From contig OX597820.1 of the NCBI GenBank assembly GCA_951406725.2, positions 114,762,001 through 114,826,000 of the forward strand: a stretch of DNA of 64,000 bases, in the 5' to 3' direction. Position numbers and translations under genes: made by a program. How positions within the stretch are numbered: position 1 is the stretch's first letter; every line of letters begins with the position of its first letter. This stretch comes from Octopus vulgaris (Eukaryota). Below the pieces are notes generated by a model, which worked only from the letters and a program-made list of their open reading frames with translations, had not been told where the DNA came from and did no database searches. Positions 24,266 to 37,232 of this stretch are shown one piece after another.

Positions 24266-26893
24266 ATCAGCTTTCACTATTTTTATTTAAATAAAGAAAA
24301 GAAAATTATATATATACATATATATAATTACTGTGGAATTTCAAAATCTAAAAAAAAAAAGTACTTTGTTTTCCTTTAATTATTCTCAAAGGATAAATTG
24401 GAAAAGAAAACTTTATCACACTACTTTTTAAGCTGCTATTACAAAAAAAAAAAAAGTTTGTTGTCCTCATGTAATATGTCCATCTCTTATAAGTCTTTTC
24501 CAGACATTCCACCCCGTCACAGAGCTTAAACCAGGTGGAAATGTAAATGTAAAGACGAAAGCTTAAGTACATTTAGTTTTATCTAGTATGTATTGAAGTG
24601 GATCAGTTCAAGAGCCAAGACATAAGAGGACTTCAGAAACACCATGCATCTGCTGCTTTCACACAAATACTTTATTTTCAATGAGAAAGAGTCATTAAGC
24701 AACCTACAGCCCTATTATTATTATTATTATTATTATTAATTTTATTATACTGACAATAGACATGCAATGGTTAGCAACTACATGAAACTTGATAGCCACC
24801 TTGACAACTATGTACATAAAAAGTTCTCATTTTTTTATATTTAAAGAAATATAAGTGAAGAAGAAAACCCATTATTTGGGACAGGGCTTTATATTCACTC
24901 TAACATTCAATGTCTTCAACTTAAACTCAGTCACTCCCCAACCACCAACACCATGAATTAAACTTCTTTGTTTTTTAATTGAAAAAGGATGGGGTGGGGT
25001 TTCTTATTTAATTTGTTTGGGATCTTCTTTCTAATTAAACAAAAAAACTGTTTACCAAAATTTGTTATTTGATTAATTGCTGTTGTAATTATTAGTGTTT
25101 TCCTTCATCTTTCATTGATTCACCACTTCAAGGTTATTGGCACTTGTTTGTCAAATCTAAATGCATTTCTTTGCATCTGAAGTGGGCATCTTTAATCATC
25201 CAGATGTTTCCAGAGACAGTTTTGTCTTTTGCAATATAATAAATGGTTAAAGACAGATCTTGGCAGTTTGGTCATCTAAAGGTGCCTCATCCCCACACCT
25301 TGAAAGTCAAGTTTAATGCTACTGTTTTTTTTTTATTTTACTGAAATAGGTGGGGTGGGGGCTACTGTTTTTGTTAAGTTTTTACACCTGCCCTGTTCTT
25401 TTATTTTTTTAAAACACTAAATATATTATTTAGATTTTTTAAAATTTAATTTCCTTTTGTTATTGTTATTAATTTCTTCCAATATATATTTTTAATATTA
25501 TGGAGAAATATATGTGTGTATATATATATATATATGTATGTATGTGTATATATATATATATATAGCATGTTCTTATAAAGTTCACTATTTCTGAATGTCT
25601 TTCCTAAAATTATTTGAAGAAAAAAAAGATGTCTTGTAAATTTCAGAACAAATCATTAATCACCGACAGCAAGAATGATATGAAAACAAATAAAGCCAAA
25701 TGATTGATTATCCCTAATTGAAACTGTTGACACTCTTGTTTATCACAGTTTTGTTTAAAATCATTTGGCCTATCCCTCTGATTACACAAATAAAATGGAA
25801 TCTTCTTGCCTATACAATGTATTCTGTTTGTTCCTGTTTTTATTTTCTCTCTATTCTTTGTTGCTAAACATCTACAAACAAATGCTCAACCACCGGCTAG
25901 TTACAGTTGAATTTTTTTTTGCCTTTATGCTATTTTTCTTTTACATCTTTATTAAAAATGAAGAATGAAATAGCAAAAGAAAAAAATGATTCTGCTAAAA
26001 ACTGTATTACTTATTTCTTATGTAGTCAGCCATCATTGGTGTCTTTCTCTACTTTTTATCTCCTTTTCCCAACAAGTCGTAACGCACCTGAGTATCGTAT
26101 ACAGTAAGCTCATTATTGTTTGGTAAAGACCAAAATTTACAGCCAAAAAGAAGGGTAGGTCAACTTATACCCCGAAATGACTTAGAACCAAAAGCTCCAT
26201 ATGAAATACAACAGGATTTGGAAAGATAGGGATGGTGTTTGAATGTTTACACTATGTACAGCCTGTACATTAGTGCTCTCTCTCTCTCTCTCTCTCTTTT
26301 CTTCTGCACACTTTCTTATATAAAAATCTTTTTGACCAAATCAAGAACAGCTGAAAACAATGCAAAAGTAAAGATTTATTTCCAAATGATATTTTTGTCC
26401 CATTTTAAAACAGTTGGTTAGTTAAGATGGTATCTACATTATTCTTCTGGTCCTGGTATGAGACATTCATTTGTATCCTTTTATATTGTGGGTTCAAAAC
26501 CTGCTATGGCCAACTTCAAATATCATTTCTTCAGCATTGACAACTTCACCATACAACTGGTACCCCTCTCCCATCACTTTCAACAGTGTGGCTTTGTGCC
26601 AATGCAAGAAAATAATTTAAAAACAAATTTTTCTTTTAATATTTTTTATTATATTATTGATATTACACTAACTCTCTTGCATAGCCTGTTGCCCAGTCAT
26701 GAACCACATGAGTCCTCAACTGAAAATGTTAGTGTTTCAGAGTTGAATGATAGATCTGTTTAGCATTGTTTTAGAAAGAAGGCCCTGTCAAAATAAACTG
26801 CAAACCTATTCATGCCACACTTTATATTTTCATGATTTTATCCTGAATCAACCACCCTTCATCAAAATCTACTTTCCAATAGAAATGGGAGAT
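24266..26893. other. Region between the two convergent stop codons, likely mostly 3' UTRs
   Basis: AU-rich, nearly free of the SINE/RTE copies that fill the introns; several AATAAA on both strands; actual transcript ends not determinable. Confidence 0.6.
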
Positions 26894-27010
26894 TTACATG
26901 GATTGGCCTTCAAGAGTTGCAATTCCATCCAACAAAAGCAGCGCTGCTGTATCCAACCTTCCTATAGAACACAGGCTTTCATATACATCTTGAATATATC
27001 CACCATGACA
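26894..27010 (-). CDS. NFKB1: NF-kB p105-like terminal exon, end of death domain and stop
   Basis: tttttcag|TGT...ATG TAA; CHGGYIQDVYESLCSIGRLDTAALLLLDGIATLEGQSM* aligns with p105 [25 protein letters not shown]. Confidence 0.9.
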   Translation of the reverse strand, partial: CHGGYIQDVYESLCSIGRLDTAALLLLDGIATLEGQSM

Positions 27011-28416
27011 CTGAAAAATATTTAATTTTTAATTAATTACGGTACATTCAAATTTAAACAGAGTACAATGCAATCACATTTTTGAAGCTAAAACTATCAT
27101 TGTTTAATATCTCCTTTCCTATGCTTGCATGGATCAGACAATTTGTTGAGGTAGATTTTCTGTGCTTGGATATTGTTTCTGTCACCAATCCTCACCTGTT
27201 TCCAAGCCAGATAACATTTTCCCCAGAGCCAGACATTTTTTTCATGAAAGATGGGAAACAAATATCACTTGTATAACTGTTGATCATTTACACTCGTCAC
27301 ATCATGTCAAGACAAAGGTACAATCATCATCATCATTTAACATCCGCTTTCCATGCTAGCATGGGTTGGACGATTTGACATAGGGCTGGCGAACCAGATG
27401 GCTGCACCAGACTCCAATCTGATCTGGCAGAGTTTCTACAGCTGGATGCCTTTCCTAATGCTAACCACTCCGAGAGTGTAGTGGGTGCTTTTTATGTGCG
27501 ACCGGCACGGGGGCCAGTCAGGCGGTACTGCCAATGACCTCATTTGAATCTTTTTACACATGCCACCGGCACAGGTGCCAGTAAGGCGACGTTGGTTATA
27601 ATCACGCTCGAATGGTGCCCTTTTACGTGCCACCGGCACGGAAGCCAGTTGGCTGCTCTGGCAACGATCATGCTCGGATGGTGCCCTTGGTACCCTACTA
27701 GCACGGGCACAAGTGCCAGTAAGGCGACGCTGGTAACAATCACACATATATATCACTGTGTTGACTAGACTATCAGACGTTATGCATCACTGGTCACAAT
27801 GCTCTTCCTTGTACTGTTTTAATCTTTAAATGATGCCACCCCACTGGCTAGGTGGGCAGGCCAGTGTGTGTGCACATCTATATACAATTGACTTTACTCA
27901 ATTTCTGCCTACCAAATTCTGTCAAAAGGTTTTAATTAACCTGCAGCTACAGTAAAGCGACTTGCCCAAGATCAAGACCTAATGCCTTTCAACCACACAG
28001 CCATACCCGATCCTAAGTATACACACCTACAGTGCAATCTCACTTTTTGCAGCTAAAAGCCAGCAATATAATAGACATGTTTATGTATTTTATATCTTTA
28101 GGTTTAAATTTTGCACTGTAAGTAAAATATTTTTCGAATCTATATATGTGTATGGAGCAGAGGATTGGTAGAATTGTTAGAGTATCAGGGAAAAATGCCT
28201 TCGGTTCTGAATTTTTACTTTCTGAGTTCAAATCTTCTGGGGTCAACTTTGCTTTTCATCTCTCTGGGACCAATAAAAAAAAAGTACTAGTCAACTACTA
28301 GGACTGAAAAAAATTAGACTAACCTCTTTCTTTTCAAAATTGGTATATTTGTGCCTAAATTACAAACATAAGGGTATATACATAAATTTTCTTTCACTAT
28401 TAATTTACATCAGTAA

Positions 28417-28724
28417 AAGTAAAGACCCCCTTCGGTCATGAATGACCATGGGATTGCACCTAGAAAGTTACCCTCCTAGACACAAGTCCGGGCAAGGTTG
28501 TTTATGGAAGACCAGCAGTCGCCCATGCATACTGGCCTCCCCTCTCCACGCCACCAATGGTATCCAAGGGAAAGGCAAAGGGGCCGATACAGCTTGGCAC
28601 CAGTGACGTCGCAACTCATTTCTACAGCTGAGTGAACTGGAGCAACGTGAAATAAAGTGCCTTGCTCGAGAACACAACACGCAGCCCGACGCTCTAACCA
28701 CTGAGCCATGCGCCTTCACAGTAG
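28417..28724 (-). mobile_element. tRNA/CORE-like SINE family C with 12-bp TSD
   Basis: Head ggcgcatggctcagtggttagagcg, gagcaaggcactt core; TSD ttacatcagtaa at 28405-28416 and 28725-28736. Confidence 0.85.
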
Positions 28725-29266
28725 TTACATCAGTAACCCTATAATTTTAAACTGTAATCTTTAAAAATTAAAAATGATCGTTTTTAAGCCCCTAGCATTT
28801 AAATTACTGCCAAATGTAATGCCTACTTCTTCACAATGTTTTGAACTGATCATGCTTTATCCTGTAGCTTTCAGATTTTGATGTGTTTGTTTATTTTTCA
28901 AATGACACTGTAGGGTAGATACAAGAGGCAGGAACTGGCCAGTTTAAGCAGAAAAACAGGTAGAATATTTAAATGCTAAAAATGTAAACACTATTAAATA
29001 ACCACACATCACCAGAGTGCTAACAGAATTAATAGTGTCAGATGTATTTACTATACATACAGTATATCACAACTGCAATCAATGAAATATATAAATTAGT
29101 TGTTAGATGTTTTGGGACTGCTGCCTTTGGTATCTTTATTTTCAAAGGTTTGCTGTTTAGACCCTTATAATTCTATATAATATATATGTATTCTATATAT
29201 ATGTATTATATAGAAATTATATATATATTATATATATAGAATTCTATATCTATAGAATTATATATT

Positions 29267-29471
29267 TACTCTTTCTCTTTTACTTGTTTCAGTAATTTGA
29301 CTGCGGCTAAGCTGGAGCACCGCCTTTAATCGAGCAACTCGACCCCGGGACTTATTCTTTTGTAAGCCCAGTACTTATTCTATCGGTCTCTTTTGCCGAA
29401 CCGCTAAGTAACGGGGACATAAACACACCAGCATCGGTTGTCAAGCAATGCTAGGGGGACAAACACACATG

Positions 29472-29509
<38 letters not shown>

Positions 29510-29658
29510 TACGATGGGCTTCTTTCAGTTTCCGTCTACCAAATCCACTCGAGGCTATAGTAGAAGACACTTGCCCAAGGTGCCACGCAGTGGGACTGAA
29601 CCCGGAACCGTGTGGTTGGTAAACAAGCTACTTACCACACACCCACTCCTGCACCTAT
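29267..29658 (-). mobile_element. SINE family A copy (others at 39259-39652 +, 54160-54580 -, 58861-59258 +, 60087-60474 -, degraded 950-1250 +)
   Basis: High similarity to 15221-15600. Confidence 0.9.
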
Positions 29659-29955
29659 ATCATCATCATCATCATCATCATCGTTTAACGTCCGTTCTCC
29701 ATGCTAGCATGGGTTGGACGGTTCGACCGGGGATCTGGAAAGCCAGAAGGCTGCACCAGGCTCCAGTCTTATCTGGCAGTGTTTCTACAGCTGGATGCCC
29801 TTCCTAACGCCAACCACTCCGTATGTTTATACCCTTATAATTCTAAATATATATTTAGATCTCATTAATAATATAATGATTAATGAGATGTAAATATATG
29901 TTTGCCCTAATTCCCAACTGGAAAGACAGTGAAAAAGAAAGAATAATGTCTGTAC

Positions 29956-30128
29956 TTCAAAGATATCCAGAATAGCTTTTGTTGGACTATCAAAATGGGA
30001 AGCTTCATCAATTATGTAGAGCAGATCAAGATGTAAGGCAAGGTCCCTCCAGTTCATCTTCAAATCTTCAGAGTCTAACATGGAAGCTAACTCTGTCCGC
30101 ATCTCTTCTGACATTCTATGCATATCTC
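29956..30128 (-). CDS. NFKB1: NF-kB p105-like death domain, N-terminal part
   Basis: ttttag|GA GAT ATG...TTT GAA|gtacag; GDMHRMSEEMRTELASMLDSEDLKMNWRDLALHLDLLYIIDEASHFDSPTKAILDIFE aligns with p105 [36 protein letters not shown]...PSKTLMDNYE. Confidence 0.93.
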
Positions 30129-30580
30129 CTAAAATGATCAGGGAAAATTTGAAATAATATTGAAAAATGATACGGAAGATTCAAAAGAAATATAAAGAAG
30201 AAAATATGCAAATATTATTAAAATATAAATGATGAATTTTATAGTATTTTTTTTTTAACATAGCATCTTGAACAAATGATAAAGTTATAAATAATAGTAC
30301 GGCGGCGAGCTGGCAGAAACGTTAGCACTCCGGGCGAAATGCGTAGCCGTACTTCGTATGCCGTTACGTTCTGAGTTCAAATTCCGTTGAGGTCGGCTTT
30401 GCCTTTCATCCTTTCGGGGTTGATAAATTAAGTACCAGTTACGCACTGGGGTCGATGGAATCGACTTAATCGCTTTGTCTGTCATTGTTTGTCCCCTCTG
30501 TGATTAGCTCCTTGTGGGTAGTAAAGAAATATATAAATAATAGTACTTAAAAATGGGATGAAGTATTAAAGTCTGATATA

Positions 30581-32774
30581 AAAAATGAATGGGATAAAGA
30601 GAGTCCGCCGAATGTTGACCCAACAGGGACCAGCTATCCGAGTTGATAGTTCCGTGGTAGCTAGGGCAATTAGACAGGGAAAGCCCCAGGCCCATCAGGA
30701 ATTACTGCAGAGATGCTCAAAATATCTGGCAGTGTCGGCTATAACCTAGTCACCCGTATAGTCAACCAGGTGATACACGAAGGAGTCATACCCAATGACT
30801 GGTGTAGCAGCATACTAGTCAACTGCTACAAAGGTAAAGGTGGTGCCCTAGATACAAATAATTACAGAGGTATCAAGATGTTGGATCAGGTTATGAAGGT
30901 TACGGAGAGGGTCATAGCCCAACTAATTAGAGAGAGAGTTAGTTTAGATGAGATGCAGTTTGGGTTCGTGCCAGGGAAAAGCACCACTGATGCTATATTC
31001 CTGGTAAGGCAGCTGCAGGAGAAATACCTAGCCAAAGATAAGCCCCTGGCTTTCGTTGACATGGAGAAAGCCTTTGATAGGGTCCCCCGATCCCTCATCT
31101 GGTGGTCAATGAGGAAACTAGGGATAGATGAATGGCTGGTGAGGGCTGTGCAAGCCATGTACAGAGATGCCGTAAGTAAGGTTAGGGTTGGCAACATGTA
31201 CACAGAAGAATTCAAAGTAGAGGTTGGGGTCCACCAGGGTTCAGTACTCAGCCCCCTCCTATTTATCATAGTCCTCCAGGCAATTGCGGAGGAATTCAAG
31301 ACAGGTTGCCCCTGGGAGCTCCTCTATGCTGACGACCTTGCTCTAATTGCTGAGTCACTATCAGAACTGGAGGAGAAGTTCCAGGTGTGGAAGGAGGGTT
31401 TAGAATCGAGGGGCCTTAGAGTCAACCTAGCTAAAACCAAAGTACTAATAAGTAGAAAGGTAGACAATCCACAAATGTCTTCAGGAAGATGGCCCTGCTC
31501 AATCTGTAGAAAAGGTGTAGGTAGAAACTCTATAAGATGTACCCAGTGTAAGCTATGGACACATAAGAGGTGCAGCAATGTCAAAGGTAGGCTAACTGGG
31601 AAGATAGTTTTTGTATGTGGCAGATGCTCGGGAGCATTGACCTCCGAAAATCTGCAGAAAACAACTTCCGTCACTTTCCAGGGGAAAAACTAGAAGTAGT
31701 TGATAGCTTCCGTTATCTAGGTGACCAAGTCAGTAGTGGGGGTGGGTGCGCTGAAAGTGTAACTGCTAGAATAAGAATAGCCTGGGCAAAGTTTAGGGAG
31801 CTCTTACCTCTGCTGGTGACTAAAGGCCTCTCGCTCAGAGTAAAAGGCAGACTGTATGATGCATGTGTACGAACTGCCATGCTACATGGCAGTGAAACAT
31901 GGGCCGTGACTGCTGAGGACATGCGTAAGCTCGTGAGGAATGAAGCCAGTATGCTCCGATGGATGTGTAATGTCAGTGTACTTACTCGACAGAGCGTTAG
32001 TACCTTGAGAGAAATGTTGTACCTAAGAAGCATCAGTTGTGGTGTGCAAGAGAGACGATTGTGCTGGTATGGTCATGTGGCGAGAATGGATGAAGATAGG
32101 TGTGTGAGAAAGTACCAATCCCTAGCAGTTGAGGGAACCCGTGGAAGAGGTAGACCCAGGAAAACCTGGGATGAGGTGGTGAAGCACGACCTTCGAACTT
32201 TAGGCCTCACTGAGGAAATGACCAGCGACCGAGACCTTTGGAAATATGCTGTGCGTGAGAAGACCAGGCAGGACAAGTGACCCCAGCCCACATTTGCATG
32301 CCTTTCCTCCCTTGGACACAAAGACCTGTTGAGGCAAGCGAAGTCGATATAGAACCTCATCCTACGACAGGCACCCATCCCAACCCCCTTTGCTTGCGAA
32401 GACATGTTGGGGCAAGCGAAAGCGAAATCGAAATTGAATTGAACCAGCCAGGATCCCTGGTCTGGTGGTACGTAAAAAGCACAATTCGACTCGTGGCCGA
32501 TGCCAGCGCCGCCTTGACTGGCTTCCGTGCCGGTGGCACGTAAAATACACCAATCCAACCGTGGCCGTTGCCAGCCTCGCCTGGCACCTGTGCACGTGGC
32601 ACGTAAAGCACCCACTACACTCACGGAGTGGTTGGCGTTAGGAAGGGCATCCAGCTGTAGAAACATTGCCAGATAAGACTGGAGCCTGGTGCAGCCTTCT
32701 GGCTTCCCGGATCCCTGGTCGAACCGTCCAACCCATGCTAGCATGGAGAACGGACGTTAAACGATGATGATGAT
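30581..32774 (+). mobile_element. 5'-truncated RTE-clade LINE: RT, PHD-like finger, C-terminus, 3' UTR, (GAT)n tail; one frameshift near 31681
   Basis: RT motifs NYRGI, QFGF, FVDMEKAFDRV, GVHQGSVLSPLLF, YADD; second frame FRYLG...YGHVARM...RGRPRKTW; endonuclease missing; antisense in NF-kB intron. Confidence 0.95.
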
Positions 32775-34472
32775 CAAAACCTTATGAAGATGACAGAGGA
32801 CCAAGATATGTGGTACTTCGCTGTACTTGAGAAAAGATACCTACCATGATATAACTGAGATTCTAAAACCAAGATGCCATGTAAAAAGCATTGGTGTGGG
32901 TGCTGATGCCGAATAAAAAGCACCCATAGAAACCAAACCAAAACATTATGAAACCTGATGTGGCTCCAGGTCTTGTCAAGTCATCCAACAGCATGGAAAA
33001 TGAACATTAAATACTGTTGATGATAATGAAAAGAAACCCAATGAATAGAAGTCAAAGGCTGTGATTGGGACACAAACCCACATCTCCTGTAAACAAGATA
33101 GGCATTCATTTTTTTTTCCCTCAAAGCATTCAGATACATGGAGGTAGAGAGAAACGAGATTCAAGCCTTTCCAAAGGACATTGCTCTCTGGATGATTTTC
33201 TGCTAGTTTATGTAATATATCATGTTATCTCACCTTTTTGTTAGCTATTAGATATATTGTTAGATATTATGAAGGCAGCGAGCTGGCAGAAACGTTAGCA
33301 CACCGGGCGAAATGCGTAGCCGTATTTCGTCTGCCGTTACGTTCTGAGTTCAAATTCCGCCAAGGTCGACTTTGCCTTTCATCCTTTCAGGGTCGATAAA
33401 TTAACTACCAGTTATGCACTGGGGTCGATGTAATCGGCTTAATCCGTTTGTCCCCTCTGTGTTTAGCCCTTTGTGGGTAGTAAAGAAATTTATATAGTTA
33501 GATATTAGTAATCTTTCCTTAGTTACCTTTTCACAGACTTACTCCAATACTGGAATACATCTTGACCTCTCAGGACTGTGAATTTGGCAAGCATTTAATA
33601 AACCAAGAAAGGTAATTTAATAGCTATGATATCTAGTATCACTTCTACATGTATATTTGAAGCAGAATTGGAAAATTTACCACAATAACTAAGTTCTAAG
33701 GAGAAGGGTTTGAGAGTAAATTATTCCACTAATTTATGCATACAAGCCAGTGTATAGCAAGGAAACAGTGTCTCAAGCCATTTGAAATGTTTTAAACAAT
33801 GAATAAAGTTATGTAATGATATAATTATTTTTTGTTTGATTGTCAACACACTGTGGTTAATGTGCCAACCAACTGAATAATCTTGGATTTTCAGTTTGTG
33901 CAGATCATTCAGTGCATTTAACCCATATGGATTACTCTGGACATTCACTGGACATTCCGTTAGCCAGATTTTATTGCATGGAGTACTGACTAAGGTATTT
34001 GCTTGGATTGGCACCTTGCTGTACTCAAGAAGACCTGTCCACCATAGCAGAATTGATACTGGTACTGGTGCCATGTTAAAAGTGCTGGTGCCACATAAAA
34101 ACAGCCAGTAGACTCTGTAAAGTGGTTGGCATTAGGAAGGACATCCAGCTGTAGAAACCATACCAGAACAATGGAGCATGGTGCAACCCCTGGCCTTACT
34201 AGTTCCAGTCAAACTGTCCAACCCATGCCAGATGGAAAACGGACATTAAATGATGATGATGATATCTTATCTTTTTATCCGGCATATCCCTTCCTAATAT
34301 AAGATAGTAGTATGTGATTTGAGGGAAATTTATCATTTCTAGCCAAAATATCTAATGAAGGCTATTTGCATAAAGTAGAGTGTCTTCACAAGAATTTTTT
34401 TTAACTTCCTCTCTTCTACACAACAAAGCCCTCCACATACCTTACTACAACTTTAAAAACTAAATAAATTAC

Positions 34473-34515
34473 CTTGAGATAAAGTCGTTTCCTCTATTGA
34501 TGAAACCGTCTTGCT
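34473..34515 (-). CDS. NFKB1: NF-kB-like 43-nt micro-exon preceding the death domain
   Basis: gttgcag|AGC...CAA G|gtaatt; SKTVSSIEETTLSQ-G; supplies the phase 0 to 1 change needed between its neighbours and yields SQGDM, cf. p105 AQGDM. Confidence 0.82.
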
Positions 34516-35490
34516 CTGCAACAATAAATAAAATTAGTTTTAGTCACATTATTTCCTAGTTGGCCAAACTATATATACCACTTATTTACTCTTAAATAGT
34601 GCATAGTACCACAAATATAGTTACAAATTATCCTACATCTGTGACATCCTGATAAATCTGTTTGCAGAATAAAGAACATTTCATGTGCTTGCGTGACATA
34701 TCTTCACTCGTGCAAGTATGAAGGCATTGGCATCAAAATAATACAATCATATTTTGCTTCCCTAAATCTCTCCTACTGTCCTAGTTTCAGCTCAATGGTT
34801 GAGATTTCATTACAACATTACAGCTAGATTAACTTCAAACTTTACTGTAGCCATCCATCTCATCACACTTCTATAGAATACAACAGAAAAACTTCCCATA
34901 TTCTACACAGCCATTGGTGAGGCACTGATGAACTTAATCAAAGGAGTGATGGTGTCTTCTTGTGGGTAATATTTCACCATTTGTATCGAAGTTATTTCAT
35001 GGTTTGGACTGGTGTACATTGTGTGTCTGATTTTTAAGCATTTATCAAGCATGTGTGTGTGTGTGTGTTTGTGTCTATCTCACTCTAGACCTTGAACAGA
35101 AGGTACATGATTCTATTTGCTTCAGTTTCACTGACTGGCAAGAAACAGCTTCTTCCATTAATATATATATTTTAAAGCTTACTGAATCATTTATATTAAT
35201 TAACTACCTCATTAATTTTAAAATTCAATTGTATACTTTTCATTTTGATGTATAAATTTTCTGAAGCATTTGAGTCACTTTTACAACATTAGAAATACAC
35301 TTTTATGTGAACACACATCATTAATCATAGGACATCATCTTAAACACTTCCCAACCACATGGTACCAAGTTCAATGCCACTGCATGACACCAGGGCACAC
35401 ATCCTTATAGCTCCAGTGCAATCAAAGTTTCGTCAGGCAGAAAAGCATGTTTATTTATAAATATATATATATAAATTCCTGAGCATTATA

Positions 35491-37056
35491 CTAATACATC
35501 TGTTTAATCAAATGCAAAATTTTATCCCTTGATTCATAAGCTTCCTTTAATCCTACAGCATGTGCTAGTGGTATTGAAGGTTTTTGATTACCATTATGCA
35601 GCAAAACAGCTTTTAGGCATGCTTTGCTGGAATCTATGAAGAGTCTCCATTCTTCAGGATTATGGCCATACCCCATCTCATGTAGGAGTCCTTCAACATC
35701 ACAACAACAAATAGTCTTTTTCCATAAAAAATTCATGCAATCCTGTATACTGTTTTACACCATTGTGTAAAAGATTCCACTGTTTCAACCTGGAGCCCAG
35801 CAGCTCTGACTTGTCTTTTGTTAAACCCAAGTCTCAAACTAAATCGTTTAACTCAAGTTGACTTAATAAATGGGGAACTTTTTTTGAAGATCCTGAATTA
35901 TCACAGCGATCTGCTGTATCAGCCGGCATGCCTTCAATTGAAGAAGATGCAGTACTTTCTTCACTTAAACTATATTTGTCAAAAGATGAAGGAGGTTCTG
36001 GAATTGGAATATTTTCAGCAGCATGAGCAAATGGTTTTAAAGCTGAAGGGCTAAACAATCTTGGAATTATTCTTCTCCTGTGATGTTAGTTAAGCAGAAA
36101 TAACAATCGGTATAGTGGTTTGTTGGTTCACGCCATATCATTGGTACTGCAAATGGCATACTTTTCCGTTTACCATTCAGCCTTTGGGTTAGTGCTATGT
36201 AGCAGTTTTTGCAACAAACACAAAGCACCCACAGTTGGTCCCTAACTTTACAACCAAAGAAAAGCTTGTAAGCATGTTAAAATTTCTTTTTAAGCTTATT
36301 TCTCTGATTTTTTGGCATAAATTTTCCACACACATAACAAAAGCTGTCTGGGTGATTAACACAAACTTTTCTGCTCATCATAAGTACATACAGTAATAAC
36401 CTAAATCAACACTCAAGGAAGCTTATCAGTAAACTAAAATATAAAATTAATCAACTGTAAATGTTACTGTAAAACATCAAAATATATTTCTCAAAAAAAC
36501 CATTGAAATTATAATAGAATGTACTGAAACTATGGCTATCACAAAACAATTTTTTCCATTTCTAAATTTCAAAAATTGATCACTTTAATAAGTAACTAAA
36601 CTTACTACTAAACTACTTTTCATATAACCTGGCTCTCTTATTTGATGTACTTTGTTTTAACAAAACTAGCAGTTATCAAGAAAAAAGAGCCTGAGTGGTT
36701 TACTATAAATCTAATATCAACAGCCTACTGTGAGGAGAACTTTATTATAATTACAGCAATAACAAAATAAAATAAATTCTCATCTTGTGTGGCAATTTAA
36801 CATGTAGCCTACATTGCCCTCAATCAGCACTTACCTTTGTTTTAGTGATGAGTATATGAACGAAAATCAAAAGCAAGTAGCCAACTACTTTGTCAATATT
36901 ATCAATTGGTTGGAAAATCTGATGCTGTGAATAACTAAAAAACTACACATGCTGTCTGAAAACCGATGTTAGATTTGGATTTAGCACCCTAAAATTACCC
37001 AAAATCAGCTGAGAAAGTTTAAATAGTATAACAAAAATACTTTTCGTTGCCCAGCG
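35491..37056 (-). mobile_element. Chapaev3-like (CMC) DNA transposon, 5' half, decayed
   Basis: HPDSFCYVCG, MPFAVPMIWREPTNHYTDCYFC, SQLELNDLV, EWRLFIDSSKACLKAVLLHNGN; terminal cgctgggcaac about 20 nt from the NF-kB donor at 37077. Confidence 0.8.
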
Positions 37057-37077
37057 TTATCAAGAAATGAATTTTAC

Positions 37078-37232
37078 CTCAGTTTTTAAATATGCATCCT
37101 GAAAGTTTTTCATGATTTTCATGGAAATATCTAATTCCATTTGTTCATTGCTTACACTGTCTTCAACCTGTTGGAGAAAATTCATTGCATCTGTGTTTCC
37201 GTTAATAAATGCTAAGTTCAAGGGTTTAAAAC
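37078..37232 (-). CDS. NFKB1: NF-kB p105-like exon, last (partial) ankyrin repeat plus linker
   Basis: tttgtag|GT TTT...ACT GAG|gtaaaa; GFKPLNLAFINGNTDAMNFLQQVEDSVSNEQMELDISMKIMKNFQDAYLKTE. Confidence 0.88.

Noticed and set aside
29827-29955. Read-through end of the death-domain ORF as the true C-terminus
   Set aside because: Homology to p105 continues in the exon at 26894-27010 via the gtacag donor; the read-through is intron-like
30886-32744. Antisense ORFs over the RTE (and similar ones over the Gypsy pol)
   Set aside because: Shadow frames of GC-richer coding sequence with no recognisable domains
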